A stretch of DNA of 64,000 bases, taken from NCBI GenBank assembly GCA_950097015.1, contig CATNEN010000001.1, positions 5,208,001 to 5,272,000 of the forward strand, written 5' to 3'. This DNA is from Macrostomum hystrix (lineage: Eukaryota > Animalia > Platyhelminthes). Position numbers and translations under genes: made by a program. Shown here piece by piece: positions 11,942 through 26,400 of this stretch (position 1 is its first letter; the number at the start of each line of letters is the position of its first letter). The notes beneath the pieces are model-generated. The model saw only the letters and a program-made list of their open reading frames with translations. It searched no databases and had not been told where the DNA came from.

Positions 11942-14408
11942 CTTTGGGTTTGAGCGGCTCCGGTCACTAGCTCCCGTCTGATGTTGCTTATATCCGAAAT
12001 GTGCACGCTAGCTTTCGTAACGAAATGAAATTCCGAACGCTATAGCGGTAAATACTTTCTGATCTTTCCCGACGCTCTTTATTGAAGTCTTCTCCAGCGC
12101 ATTCAACTTTCCGGCCTAAATGAAGCTAAATGAAGACTCTAGGTAAATTGACCGCGACAAACGGAGTTAGGCTTGGGAAGAAAAAATGGTTCAAGGTTGG
12201 ATGACAATAAGTCGCAGAGTGGGCAGTGGTAGCGAGAGAGAGAGAGAGGGAGGCTCGCGAAATTGGTCGCTTATTGAGACCTCTCTGCCTCATCTGGAGT
12301 TATTCTGGAGTAGGACGGCCCATGGCGAAGGATCGACAAGCCAATCCGGAGAGACTCCGTCATGGTCGAGGACAGGAAGACTTGAATGGGCAACGTCGAA
12401 AGGGGATATCTGTTCGGCGAGACGCAGCTGTAGAATAGAAGTAAGACGACTTGGGGGATAAATGAATTTACTGTCAGGGGATAACTTCTCTCCTGGACGA
12501 TTCAATTTTGCTCCATCGATAACGAAGAATGAGAGAGAAGGGATGGGAGCGAAGCTGGCCGACACAGTAGCGCTAGGCGAGACGAGAGTATATGAGAGCC
12601 TTCGAAAGGCAGAAAGATGGGTTTGGCTTCGGTGGCTCTAATCAAGTGTGACTCCCGGCTCGTCCACACCATGTCGCAAGAGAGAGAGACAGAAAACATA
12701 GTTCCCAGTTTCTCGACCCCTCGCGAACCGCGCTGGTGGGAAATCCGAACGTCCAGTACGGCTGACGTTTCTGCCTCAAATTTTTGTCCCATTGGCAAAC
12801 CTGCACGGCCTTGGCAATAAATCTCCTTCCTCGGTTTTGATCAAGCAGTGACTCCGCTGAGTTGTCGGACCTCGGCTCCGACTGCTCAGTGATTAAGACG
12901 GACAGTTTGAATGAAGGAAGGAATTGACGACTGGAAAGCTGATCTCTCTCTCGGCTCAGTGTTGGTTGGATTTGCTGGATCACACATCTCAGAGTGTCAC
13001 CAAAGCTGGTAGAATTCATTCTGAATTTGAAAACACGCGAAAATGCGTACTTTTGTCGCATTGAATTTTCGAGTTCCTGTCTAGAGCTTTTGATACGTTT
13101 TTCGTTCCTATAAATAAAGTAAAAGAAATAAAATAAACAGACGTGCTTAAATTAAGGATTTTTCCAGTATTTTATTTTACTTATAATAATCAGTTTCAGA
13201 GAGTGCAGGATAATATTAAAGCAATAAAACTCATTCATAGGGTGAACAGTCAGCAGCAAGGCAGCAGAGGGAGAAGAAAACAGGATAAGTGTATTTTTTA
13301 AATTGCCGCCAATTTTAAACCCATTTTTAATTACCCCAAGCAAGATTAGCACAAATCAATCAATCAAATAACGAAAAAAACTTAACGTAACAATGTGTAT
13401 AATTTTGACTTATTTTTCTATGGCGGGTAAGTTATCGATTCTAAAAAATTAAAAAATACCACTTTAAACAAAACAGTTTAAGTAGCTTTTGTTAGTAACG
13501 GCAAATTTTAATTTTCGCTATCATCTTTCCTCGTTAAGATTTTCCACAGTAACTAAATAATTTTATTTGAATTATATAAATATAAAAATCAAAATGAATA
13601 TTTTTTATTTTTAACATGTACATAATCTTCACGTTATAGTTAATATACTTACGTACAATACTTACACTCATTGCATTTCAGCCAGTCATTCACATCTCAC
13701 TACTCGTATTTGGCGTGTAGATGAACTTAAAAGGCAGCTAAATAAAAACGATTGTTATAAAACGTGCACCTTGTAATTTTTTTCGTATAAATTATATCAG
13801 ATATTAGTGCGAGTGGAGGTAAGACAAGAAAACGCTGACAAAATAAGTAAAAATAAACGAATAATTGTGCACTATGAATGCAGGGACAATTAGGATAAGC
13901 AAATAAAATAGTGGGGAGACTCAACGAATAAATAATAGTTTGTTAGAATTGCCTAAGTTGCAGACTAAAGTGGTTATTAAGACAGTATCAAGAAGATGAG
14001 ATGCTGGATATCATTGCTATGGCAGACATTTGTGTGCAGAAGCCAGGTATAAGATTTGACAAGTGATCAAAACTTATATTGGCTTGATAGTGTACAGAGC
14101 GTATGGCGCGAAATAACAAAAAATTGCAATCTAAATTTGACGCGGAAGCGCAAAAACTGGCTGCTAAACGAAGCTTTCCTCGTTACGCAATCAGATTCAA
14201 ACCAGGTTAAAAAAATATTTGACCTGAAAACGATTGGTCGAAATTTATGAAGAAACCCGATTGGGATTTGCAGACAGTCAGTTAGACTTTAAGACAGCTG
14301 TAAAATATATTAGACATCGGCGTGGAGTTCAACGATAAGGAGCTGATTAGCGATTGATGAAGACTGACGAAATAGAAAACTATAAGAATGAGAAAAATGT
14401 TGTCATCT

Positions 14409-17400
14409 TCAATTCAAATGACGATCCAGGATGCTGCGCAATTCTCCCTGTTTGATGTCCTCTCCGGGAACTATCTGCGAATTGGGAAATATAGTTTGCT
14501 AGGCCATAGTTGTGAAAGATGCTGATTAAATTCGACAGCAATGAGAGAGTGGGAGAAAACTGGGATTTCGAAGTACGGCTTATGTTGAAAACAAACTCGT
14601 GGCAGGAAATAGTTTATTTGTACCTGCAGGCCGAACGCAGCTAGACCTCTGGAGCCCGATTCCGCGTCGACTCTCAACTCGTAGCAGCCGGAGTCTATGC
14701 TCAAAGCCACCGGGATGCCGAAGCTGAAGTCGCGTTCACCGGCGCGCTGCAGACTCAGCCGATCAGTTTCCATGGGAACTAGTGGGCTGCCGTCCTTGAA
14801 CCAAGTGGCTCCTGCATAAAAACCCAAATAAAATCTCCTGCATAGACGCTTTTGATATTTTGTTAGCAAAAAGCTGCTAGAAGTAATACTCAATCTTACC
14901 TAGCACAGGTTGCGTTGTTCTACAGACAACTTTCACAGCCTCTCCCTCGTCGGCAGTCATTGAACTAGGGAAGATCTCAAATAGTCGATACCCGGCTTCT
15001 GGTTCATCCTGCGCAGCTTCAGGTTCTTCCGGGGGTGGCCGAACGCAGACGGTGCATTGTGTGGAAATGCCCCCGTCGGGGAGCGAGAGTTCAACGCGGT
15101 ACGTGCCACTGTCGTCGGGATACAGCGCCTCGGGCGATTTTAATCGAAACAAACCGGTAATGGGATCCGAGAACACGTCGAAGTCCTCAGAGACTAGACG
15201 ACCATTCAGTGTCCATTTTGCCGACAGTTGCGGATCTCCAGTCGCCAGACGGACAGTCAGCTCGAAGGGATCGCCGTCATTGACGATGGCGGACTTTGGA
15301 TGCTCCTGAATACGTAGAGGAGCAGCTTGATGATGGTTATTTTCAATCGGCTTCGGTCGCTCCGAAACTTGCAAATTACACGAGGTCTGTTCGGAGCCAG
15401 AACTGTTTGTTGCAGTGCAGGTGTACAATCCGGAGTCCTTTAGCACAGCCTCGAAAAGTGTTAGATTCGAGGCACCATTGACGGTTTTGATTTGCAAGGC
15501 CCCTTCCGATCGAAGGCTGCTGTTGTTGGCGCTCCATTTAATATCCAATTCTTGGCCCTCGAATTCACAGCTCATGTGAACAGTTTCGCCTTCGGTAGCT
15601 TGAAGGTTTCGCTCCAGTGGCTTCAAACACTTTGGCGCAATGAGCTGTTTTGCGCTGCCTGCCTTACTGCCTCGTTGAGTCTCTGAGCTATTCTGAATCT
15701 CTAGACTGTACATCTCCTCAATGATGGTTCCTCCGTTCATTGTTGTCTTCTTCGTCCTAGATGCAAGCGTTTCCGTCGTGAATCGGTCGACACTGTAAGA
15801 GTCCTTCTGACGCGTCACGGAGAAGGCCCGCATGCTGCCTCCACTGTTAAAGCGTGTGCGGCCGCCGTAAACGTCCAGTTTGCAAGTCGCTTCATCCACA
15901 CCCTTGGCGTTTGCGACCTGCACAGTGTACCTACCAGTATCTTGAACAGTAGCTGAATAAAACTCCAGGCTAGTCACTCCTCTGTCAATCTTTAGGATGA
16001 AGCCTGCGTTAGCTGCTGGCGAAATCTCAACGCCGTCCTTTAGCCAAGCAACACTTGGCGCTGGCAGACCCTCAAAAGTGCAGCTGAGCTTGACGTAGCC
16101 GCCCTCCTGGATGAACCGGTTCCGCAGTGGGAACGTGATCCTTGCGGCCCGGTCTGCCTCTCTCCAGATTTCTGCCAACGGCGTCGGTGACTTCTTCCTG
16201 CGACCAATAACGGAAACGTCAGGTGGTTCCATCGTGTCTCGATGTGCCAGTGGCTCAACGTGCAGTTGAATTACGGCGTCCCTGGAGCCAAAAGAGTTCT
16301 CAGCCTTCACTCGGTACTCTCCGGCGTCGGACTTTTTGACTCGGTTAACTTTCAAAGAGAAGTCGTTTCCCGCGTAGCGCTGCATGTACTTTAACGACTG
16401 GGCCAGCGCCTCGTCGCCACGATACCAGGACACAAGCGGCGCTGATATCGACAGCACCTTGCACTCGAACACACCGTTTTGACCCTCCACGCAGTAGGCG
16501 TTTCGCGAGCGCAGTACAAATCGTGGAGCAGCTTCTTTGCGATCTGAATAAAATTTTTCAGTAAAAATGCTTATAGTCTTTCATTTAAAAACTTGAGCGC
16601 ATTTTTTACATCTGGTCCAATGAACAAATGTCAATAAGCTTACCAAATTTTGTTTCGTGAATTGCAAACTCTTTCATGCGTAGCTTTTTTAAAGAGCCGA
16701 AATCAGCCAGACGAGCGATGCCAAGATTGCCAAACCAGTTGGGCTGTAAAATTTGGGGTATGGAAAGGGTTTGTACGATGAACGAAAAACCTTGCATGGA
16801 CGTATGAGCCTACTTATATTAGTATATCTAACAAAAAACTTACATGCAGCTCTTGCATTCGTTGACGAAGCTTCTCGTATCTGCTGGAGGGAATCCGCTT
16901 GTCCATGCCCTCCTGCCCCCTCTGCAGCCAGGGGTGCTCCAGTGCCGCGTGCACAGTTAAACGTTTTTCCGTCTTTTTCTGGAGCATGCTTCTAATGAAG
17001 TCCTTCGCCTCGTCTGACACATGCGCGAAAGCGTCCTTCTCAAAGTCCCAATCGCACTTTTTAACGTTGTTCAATGTGTCATAGTCGTCATTTCCAGCGA
17101 ATGGAGACAGACCGCTAAGTCTGTAATGCGAATAATTTTGTTGATAGTTAAACGTGGTTAACGCATTTGCCTCTCGCAACACGGTCCCTAAGTTCGATTC
17201 CACATTACGGCGAGGCCGCATTCATTTGGGCCGCAGCAGTGAAAAGAAGGCTTGGGGGCTTGACGTGCAGTTTACACCCTTAAGGGCCAACTTCCAAGGC
17301 TCTGTGAAGTGTACACTGCCTAACGATGAGAAAGTCAGGGCAGATGTACACACCTGTGTGTGAGCGTGTGCCTGCGTACGGTATCTGTGTGTGTGTGTGC

Positions 17401-20344
17401 TCAGGAGTAAGTGAAATGGGCAGTATTATCTTTTCGCTGGCCGCGGGTCTAGTGTCCGCAAATGATGTGCCACTGCCCGCAGCCCTCCTGCACTTATTAT
17501 TCTTATTATTAAGTATAATAATAATAAGTTACACTTGCCCCGATTCTGCCAGATGAGTAGCCGACAGCACAGCCGCAGCTATTGCGTGGCGCATCTGAAT
17601 TCTGCTGTTCGGTCCATGGACTGGGCGACACTACACCCACCCCTAATTACCCCAGATAGTATCTGGTGCCCATTTAACTACTTGATAAACTGAAGTAATG
17701 CAGAGTGTAGTGTCCTGCTAACGGACACAATTTTTTCCAGTGGAGTGAGGAATCAAACCCCCAACCTTCTACTCGTGAGTCCGACGCTCTAACTACTAGG
17801 CTGCAACCTTCTTGTTGGTTGAAGAGAATAGCATTGAAACGGGGATAATAGGGATAAACGTTACTTACAGAACATAAGCGAGAACACCGACAGCCCACAT
17901 GTCGGTGTAGAAGCCAACGGGCTCGTTTTCGGCAATCTCAGGTGCAGCAAACTCCGCCGTAGCGGTTGTAACTTTGGCGGGTTCGTTTGGAGTCAGCTTT
18001 GTGGCCAGTCCGAAGTCAATTATCTTGATATTGGTCGACTTTGAAGTCTCACAAATTAGGTTCTCCGGCTTTATATCCAGGTGGACAACTCCCTGCTCGT
18101 GCATATGCTTCAGACCCTCACACACCTGACGAATGTAGTTTACAACCTCCGCTTCAGACATCTTGTACGTGTCATCCGCAATCCTATCAAAAACTTCGCC
18201 ACCAGACAGGAATTCCATGATGAGTACCATTTCGTTGACGTCATCGTATACGTCGTGAAGGTTGATAAGCTTGGGATGATGCAGCATGTTCATTATGTTG
18301 ACCTCATTCCTGACCGTAAGCTTGTCAAGAGTAAACGGGGTGTCGATAAATTTTGCCACAAAAATCTGTCCAGTTGATCGCTCCTTACAGCGGTACACAA
18401 CGCCGAACGCACCGCTGCCAAGCTCCTCCAAAATCTCGTAGTCATCGTAAACCGAGCCTGACTTAATAGTGACCGGATAAGGCCGGTGCCTATCCCACAG
18501 GTTGTTGTAGCACTTGTCATAGCTGTCAGGCTTCTGAATTTCATTATTGCGTCGCTTCAGGCCGTCCACCATAGTGCCTTCGCCGCCAGACCTTCGGACA
18601 AGCGCTTGCGGCTCAGCTAGGCGGTGTGGACCACTAACCGCTGAGGGATCGCTGCGACCGTAGAGATTCTCGGCCACCACGCGGAACTCGTACTGTTTGT
18701 CTTTGACCAGGCTGTCGATGCTGGCCTGACAAAAGCGCGACTGGCTGCAGCGAACCCAATTTTCGTTGGGCAGTTCCCGTTTTTCAACAAAAAAGCCGCT
18801 GATGTAGCCGCCACTCTCCATCGGATTAACAGCCGGCTGCCAAGAGAGAACAATGTTCGTGTCTGTCACAGACTCAACACGAAGACTGCGCGGCGGTTCA
18901 GGTCTGTCATTCACATTGACTTCCACACTTGCACTGGCGGCTCCAAGTTCATTCTGGAGCGTCAGGGTGTACACGCCGGCGTCACTTTGGCTCAAGTCAT
19001 TGATGGTCAAAATGCAGTGACGATCTTTCAACTCCATCTCGTATTTTCGAGCACCGGGCTTTATCTCTTTGCCGTTTAACTTCCATTGGGCAGTCGGCTT
19101 TGGATAGCCGGAGTAAAGTAGCTTTATTGTCAGATTGTCACCCTTGTCCATCACTGCTGGTGCATCAAATCGAGCAGGCTTCTTAATCTTTGGCTCCGAG
19201 TGCACCGTGAGAGTTGTCCGACTAGTTCTAGAACCAGCTTTGTTTCCAACCCGGACGCTATATTCGTCGGAGTCTTCGAGGCAGCAGCTGTTAACTATGA
19301 GATAGTACTTGTTTCCATCCTTTCCAATGTCATAGCGCCCTGTCGGATTGAGCTCACGAACGCCCTTGTACCAAGTGACATGAAATGGCGGAGAGCCATC
19401 CAATTCTACCTGAAACTCAGCTCTCTTACCCTCCTTGACTTGAAGATTGCTTAGGAGGGTTTTAAATTCTGGAAGCGTCAGCGCCTCTGGATCTCGAACG
19501 GTCACCTTTTTGGAGGCCTCCGACGCGGGACTAAGTCCGGCCTCATTTTCAGCGTAGACTCTAAACTCGTAGTCTTTGCCCTCGATCAGACTTGGAACAT
19601 TTAGCATCGTTGTTTGCACGGGGGCAAAGTTGACCCGCGTCCAGTTGTCACCTCCTGCTTCGCGCTTTTCCACATAGTAGCCCGTGACCCTGCCACCGCC
19701 GTCAGAAATTGGCCTTGCCCAGCTAAGTGAGACGAAATCACCACCAATCTCTTCGACTGATACACAACCAGGGCACTTTGGCTTATCTGAAATAGAATTC
19801 ACCAATGTTGGACATTAGATCGCAGCATTAAAGCATTCTTTGGATAATATGCTAAAAATGTTTGATCGCGAGACGCATGCTAGCCATTTTCCTTCCCTGA
19901 GCTTTTGGCCTAATGTTTATTGAAGCTAATTGCATTACGGGTGAGAGTTCAGTAGTTAGTTGGTATTGACTTACCAAATGGCATTTTGGCCACAATGGAG
20001 GTTGCAGTTGCCACTGGCTCACCGCCACCATTTTCATTGACAGCGTACACACGAAAATTGTACTCAGAGTGCTCAATTAGGCCTTGCACATCAACCTGGG
20101 TGTCCTGCAGAGATAATAAAATGTGAATTGATGGAGGCTTAACAGAAAGCTAGAGGCAGAACAATTTTGTGTAACCGAGCCGCGATGAATAAGATACTGC
20201 TTGCCCAGCTAACTTTTGCGTTGTTGCTATCGTCAAGCGAATCGGGCAATATAACAGTGGGAGGGAACAGTACCACAATTGAGAACGAGCTTGTCACTAC
20301 TGCTGGAAGCTCAGTTTCTACTGTGGCGTTGACATCTGAAGCAG

Positions 20345-20406
<62 letters not shown>

Positions 20407-23400
20407 ACATCTGGAACTACAACTAAAGCTCAGAATCAGACAACTACACCTACAGCCACTACGCAGTCTGCTCGACAGTTGCAGCAGGTCGTTGTGGACA
20501 GAAACCTTGCCACCTACAAAGCCAGCAGTCTAGATGCTGCTATTATCATTCTACCAGCTATCTTTGTAGTCGGTGGCGTCTTTGTAGTATACAAAATAGT
20601 TGTTATGAGCCTTTTTAGTGGACTATAAGTATAAGTTATTACTTTAAGTAGCTTTTCTAAAAAATATACAGATTTTCGGTTTATGACGACCAGAATGATG
20701 CTTTGAAGCATTGCTCTTACCTTGCAATGAGAAGTAACAGGAAGCCAGTTGCCTTTTCCTAATTCTTGTCGTTCCACAACATAGTGAGAGATTTTTGATC
20801 CTCCATCATCTTTTGGAGGCTTCCAACTTAGCCTGCATGAGCTCTTGGTTACATCGGTCACATCGAGAGGCCCAGAAATAGGACCTGGTTTGGCGCGCAC
20901 TTTTAGCTTGAATGGAACAGTTGCAGAGCCGCTGTCGTTTGAAATCTCTAGGCGATAGTCTCCAGTATCGTCTCTTTGAAGGTCTTTTAGCTGAACGACT
21001 ATATAATCGTCGAATTCTTGCATTTTCAAGTTTTGCGAGTTGGTGTGATTTGCGCTGCCCTTCTTCAAGCCAAGACACATAGGTCCGTTGCCAGAGAAGA
21101 ACACCTTGAACTTAACAGAGTCACCAACCTCGCCGACTTGGTCGGGCACAACTTTATCGACTCGAGGTGGCTTTTGAACAGACAATCTGGCTGAGGTTGT
21201 TTCTTTGCCAGCCTTGTTGGCTAGCTCGCATGTGATTTCTCCAGCGTCGTTCTCTGTTAGGTTCGTGAAAGTCAGACTAACTACGTCTCCATCGTTTGTC
21301 ATCTGCACAGATGAAGAGGGGCGAAGCTCGATGCCGTTGCGAAACCAGCGAACCTGCGGTGGCGGCTTTCCATCAACCCGGCAGGAGAAAGTCGTCGATC
21401 CGCCAACCGGTCCGCCAGCAGACTGCAAGCGGCTTAGAAACTCGGGTGCGCTGCCCGCTGATTTGTCCAGTACGCGAGTTGGCAGCGACGGAGGCGAAGG
21501 GTCGCCTTCACCAGCTGCGTTTAAAGCCGTCACTCGAAACTCGTACTCTTCGTTTTCGTCGAGCCCGTCAATCAAGGCGTCTGTGGCGGAGCCTGGCACC
21601 AGAATGGCCGACTCCCAATCTCCGTTTGCTCGCCTCTTCTCCACTTTGAACCCAAGCAGTCGGGATCCGCCCTCGTTGAGAGGTTTTGTCCACTCGAGCT
21701 CTGCATAGTTTTTGCCAGTCTTGGCAACTAAGGGAGTGCCAGGATTGCCAGGCGTTGTGACTTTCGATTTGGTTTCCACGGGCTTCGTAGCGGCGCTTGG
21801 TTCTCCGAGCCCAGCCTCGTTCTTAGCTCTAACGCGAAATTCGTACTTTGTATTTTTATCCAGATTCATGATGGTGAACTTTGTGTCCTTACTTGGAAAC
21901 TCGTTCGCCTTTTTCCACTTGCTCCCATTTGGCTCCTTGTACTCGACAATGTAGCCCTGGATCCGACCTCCACCATCGCTTTTTGGCTTCTTCCATGCTA
22001 GACTAACTGATGTCTCATCCACGTCCTTCACTTCGACATCATCAGGCTCGGCAGGCCGGCTGCACTCCGGCTGAGGTACCACACTCGTCTCAAGCTCAAG
22101 CGGCTCGCTAATACCGTACTGATTTTCGGCGCTGACTCTGAACTTCACTGGCTTTCCTTCTTCCAGGCCAAATGCTTCGTATTCAGTCTTTCGAACGAAT
22201 TTGGACAATGGAACCCATTCTCCTGTTCTTGGATCCTGCTTCTCCACAATGTAGTTGTCCAATGGCACTCCGCCATCCTCCTTAGGTTGGCCCCAACTCA
22301 AAGTGCAACTGTCGCGACCTACCTTCGATGCTGTCAGTGGCCCTTCTGGCTTGCCTGGCTTGTCAACAACGCTGACCTTTGTGTCAATAGCATCTTTCCC
22401 AGCCTTATTTCTAAGTGTAACAGTATAGCGACCGTGATCGGATTTAGAGGCCTTTCTGCAAACAATGACTACTTCTGAAGCCTCTTGTTTGATCTCGAAA
22501 CGTTCGACTGACACTGGGCTTCCGCCATGCATACAGTCAACCTCTTCTGGAGGCGAGCCTTGATAAGGAATTTTTATTTTAAACTCTTCACCAACCGGAG
22601 CAACGACATCTCTCGACGCAAAGTCGGTCAGAATTCTAGGCGCTGTTTGGGGCGCAGCAACCTTCACAAGATCTGTCGAAGGGCTGGAGGCACCAGGGCC
22701 AGCCTTGTTTACTGGTGTAACGCGAAACTCGAACTCTTTCCCTTCGAGAAGATTTCTGACAGTGAAATCGGTGCCTGGAACAGGGGCAACGCTAGCTTTT
22801 GTCCAGCTCTTCTCACCCTTCATGCGCTTCTCAACAATGTAGCCTGAGACAGGGGGAGTTGCAGCCGACTTCTTTGGTGACTCCCAGCTTAATGAGACGC
22901 TATCTGCAGATACGGCATCAATAATAGGCTTATCGCAGGCGGCCGGAGGGTCGTATGGAGGCTTGGGCACCACTGGACCGCTTGTTTCAAGCGGTGCGCC
23001 TCGGCCCATGCTGTTCTCAGCCATTACTCTGAACTCGTACGGCTGACCCTCTTCGAGGTTTCTAACCGTTAGGCTAGTCAGGGCAACGTAGCTGCTCACA
23101 GGTGTCCAATCTTGAGCGCCCTGGAGACGCTTTTCAACGATGTAGTTTGTCACTGGGTCACCGCCGTCATCTACTGGTGGCTCCCATTGTAACGTCACTT
23201 GATTTGAGTCACGGTCCTTTACAGCGATTGGTCCCTTACAGGGGCCAGGCTTATCCAAGACGGTAACTTTCAGCGATCCTGAATCCTTCCCAATTCCGTT
23301 GTCTAATGTAATTCTGTACTCTCCTGAGTTTTTGCCTGATGCGGCGGCAACAGAGAAAGTCACGTCGCCAGAGTCACCGTCTGAGGATTCGTTGATCTTC

Positions 23401-26400
23401 AGTTTGCCATGCGAATTCGGCTCGAATAGCTCGCCGTTCCTCTCCAAGTGTACCGTCGGCTTAGGAAAGCCCTTATAAGGCACGCGAATGATAAGATCTT
23501 CGCCTGCTTTGATCACAATGTCTCGCAACTTTGAAAGATCCAAAAGTGGTCTCTCCGGTCTGTTTTCGGCCTTTGTTAGTTGAGTCGGGCGCGTAGCCTC
23601 TCCCATACCGGCCTCGTTTGTGGCAGAAACTCGGAACTGAGCTTCCTCACCTTCTTGCATTGGTACAAATGCGTAGCGCTCATTAGAAGGCACGGATTTC
23701 ACCACCACCCACTCACCATCCGGAACCTTTTTCTCAATAATGTATCCCTGAATCTTTCCTCCGCCGTCACTTTTCGGCTTCGACCAGCTGAGCTGAACGC
23801 CGTCTCGTTTCTGCTTGTCGACATTTAGGTCACCTGGAGGTCCGGCAGCAAAAACAGGATCACGAATTGTCAATGGTGACGTTGCTGCAGTCGGAAGTCC
23901 CGGGCCAGCTTCGTTGACAGCGGAAACTCTAAACTGGTATTCTCGACCTTCGGTCAGATGAGAAACACTGAAGTTAAGACGCTCTGTAGTTGGAAATAGG
24001 GGTGTAACTTTCTCCCAGTCACCACCACGAGACTGTTTTTCAATTAGGTAGCCACTAACAGGATTTCCGCCATCGGATTTGGGCGGCTTCCAGGCCAAGG
24101 CCACGTGAAATCTGTCATAGGAGGTGATGCTCAAAGCTTCCGGAGCTCCTGGCGCATCGAAAGGATTTTTAGCATACGCCGGTGCGCTAGACTCAAGCGG
24201 CTCGCTGACTCCGAATCGATTGGCTGCTCTAACTCTGAAACGATAGCGCCTGCCCTCTCTTAGGTGCTTGACTGGGCAGTGAGTCTCTGGGGACGAGCCA
24301 AACACTTTCTCCCACACGCTAGACTGTTCTTCACAGAACTCGACGATGTAGTCCGTGATCTCACAGCCACCGGTGTTCTTTGGCGGCTTCCATTCCAAAT
24401 TGCAGGACTCCGATCTTACGTCTTTTACTTCCAATGGTCCCTCTGGTGGATCAGGCTTGTCCAGTACTATCACTTTCACAACAGCTTCCGCTGAACCAAA
24501 ATTATTGCTAAGCGACACTTTGTAGAGGCCTGAATCGCTCTTCTTCGCACTGCTGATCAGGATCCCGACAGCTTCTTCTTCTTCAATTAACTTGGCATCT
24601 CCTGGAATGCCTCCGAAGTCCTTCAGCCAGAAGGCAGCCGGCTTTGGAGCTCCATCGCAGGGTATTTTGAATTCAAGAACTTCCCCGGCCTTCACCCGAA
24701 TCTCATTGTTCGGACCCAGTCCGAGAAAATCAGTGAAGAGCTTCGGCGCCGCTTTCGAGGGCTTTGCTTTGACTGGCTTACTAGCCTCGGAGGGCTCGCT
24801 AGGGCCTGCCTTATTGACAGCCATCAGTCGATACTCATACTCCTTGCCCTCCTTGACGGTGTCATCGCTGAACTCCAAACCTTCGACCAAGTATTTGTTA
24901 GCTCTAGCCCAACGCGTTGCTCGCACCTCCTTGCGCTCGATATGATAGCCCAGTATAGATGCTCCGCCGTCGAATTTTGGCGGAATGTATCTCAGCTTGA
25001 TCACAGCTCTGTCATGATCGATGATCTTCGGCGGATCCGGAGTGTCAGGCTCGTCGAAGGGGTTCTTTATTTTTGTCGGAATTTCCGTCTCCAAGAGATC
25101 ACTTTTGCCCATAGCTGTCTCAGCCAGCACCCTGAATTGGTACTCGTGACCCTCCTTGAGCTTTGTCACTGATAGCGTCGTTCCACTGACCGACTCGGAA
25201 ACAGTCTCCCATTGCATTCTCTGGGTGTCGTACTTCTGCACAATATAGTGTTTGACGGGGCAGCCGCCGTCATCCGCTGGAGGTCTCCATGAGAGCTTGC
25301 AGCTGCTGCTTGTCACGTCTGTCACCTCCAGTGGCGCCTGCGGCTTAGTAGGCCTTGCAAGTACCACAACTTCAACTTCTGCAGAGTCTGAGCCAACTTG
25401 ATTAGTAACAGTCAGTCTATAGAGACCGGTGTGCTTGCGCAAAGCTTCAGTAATCGTTATCTTTGACCAGCCCACATCGGATTGAATCTTGCAATCTTCA
25501 CTGACGGGCTTGCCGGGACCAAGGGTCCAGACCGCATCGGGTGGCGGCTCACCTACAAACCTCAGCTCAATCAGCAGCTCATTGCCAGACTTGATCTGCA
25601 CCGGCCTCACACCAGCCCGATCGATGCGCGGCATGAGAAGCCTCGGCTTGGCTATCACTGGACCGGCGGCAGCACTTGGCTCTGAGTTCCCAGCCTTGTT
25701 GACTGCCACTACTCTGAATTCATACTCATTTAGCTCCTTGAGGCCTTCAACTCGAACTTTCAGCTCTTTGCCTCCGGCTTCCTTTACAGGCGCCCAGTTG
25801 GGCTCAGTCTTGCTGCGCTGTTCGATGATGTACTTGCTTACTGGTGACCCGTTGTCATTCTTTGGAGCTGCCCATTCAATGTCTGCAAAGGTTTTGTCCC
25901 AGTCCACCAGCTTGCATGGCCCGGGTGGATCGGGCGGGTCCCACGGATTGCGCGCGACTGTTTCCTTGGCAGTCTCGAGCCAGTCTGAATGACCTTCGGC
26001 GTTCACGGCGCGAACTCGAAACTTGTACTTGTTCCACTCAATGAGCCCGGTGACTTTGCACTCCTCAACTTCAACAGCTTTGTAGGGCTTCCACTCGCCA
26101 GCTGTAACGTCGAATACTTCAACATCGTAGCCAGTGATGGGCGAGCCTCCATCGTCCTCTGGGGGGTCCCACATCAGTGTGCAGCTGTCGTCAGCTAAAT
26201 CGAGCACATCCAGTGGCTCGCCTGGCTTACTGGGCCGGTCCAGGACTTCAAACTCGAAGGGAACATACTCCTCACCGGCGCTATTGAATAGTTTCAGCTG
26301 GTACATGCCCCTGTCTGACCTGCTAGCACCAGCCGCGCTGTCAAGAACCAGCTCAACTTGGCCTGGCTTCGGAATGGCCTTCAAATTGACCGCCTCCGGC

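Larger units (their letters stand above)
16925..18440 (-). other. Twitchin MLCK-like Ser/Thr kinase domain (split by intron 17121-17868)
   Basis: [56 protein letters not shown] and LEHPWL are all intact. Confidence 0.95.

Noticed and set aside
16744-16809. In-frame upstream acceptor extending the twitchin regulatory-tail exon
   Set aside because: It would leave a 34-nt intron. The TTTTACAG acceptor at 16744 is more plausible.
20514-20720. Apparent coding overlap between the 2075-aa ORF and the nested mucin-like ORF
   Set aside because: The twitchin exon ends at the AAG|GTAAG donor at 20721. The remainder is intronic read-through.
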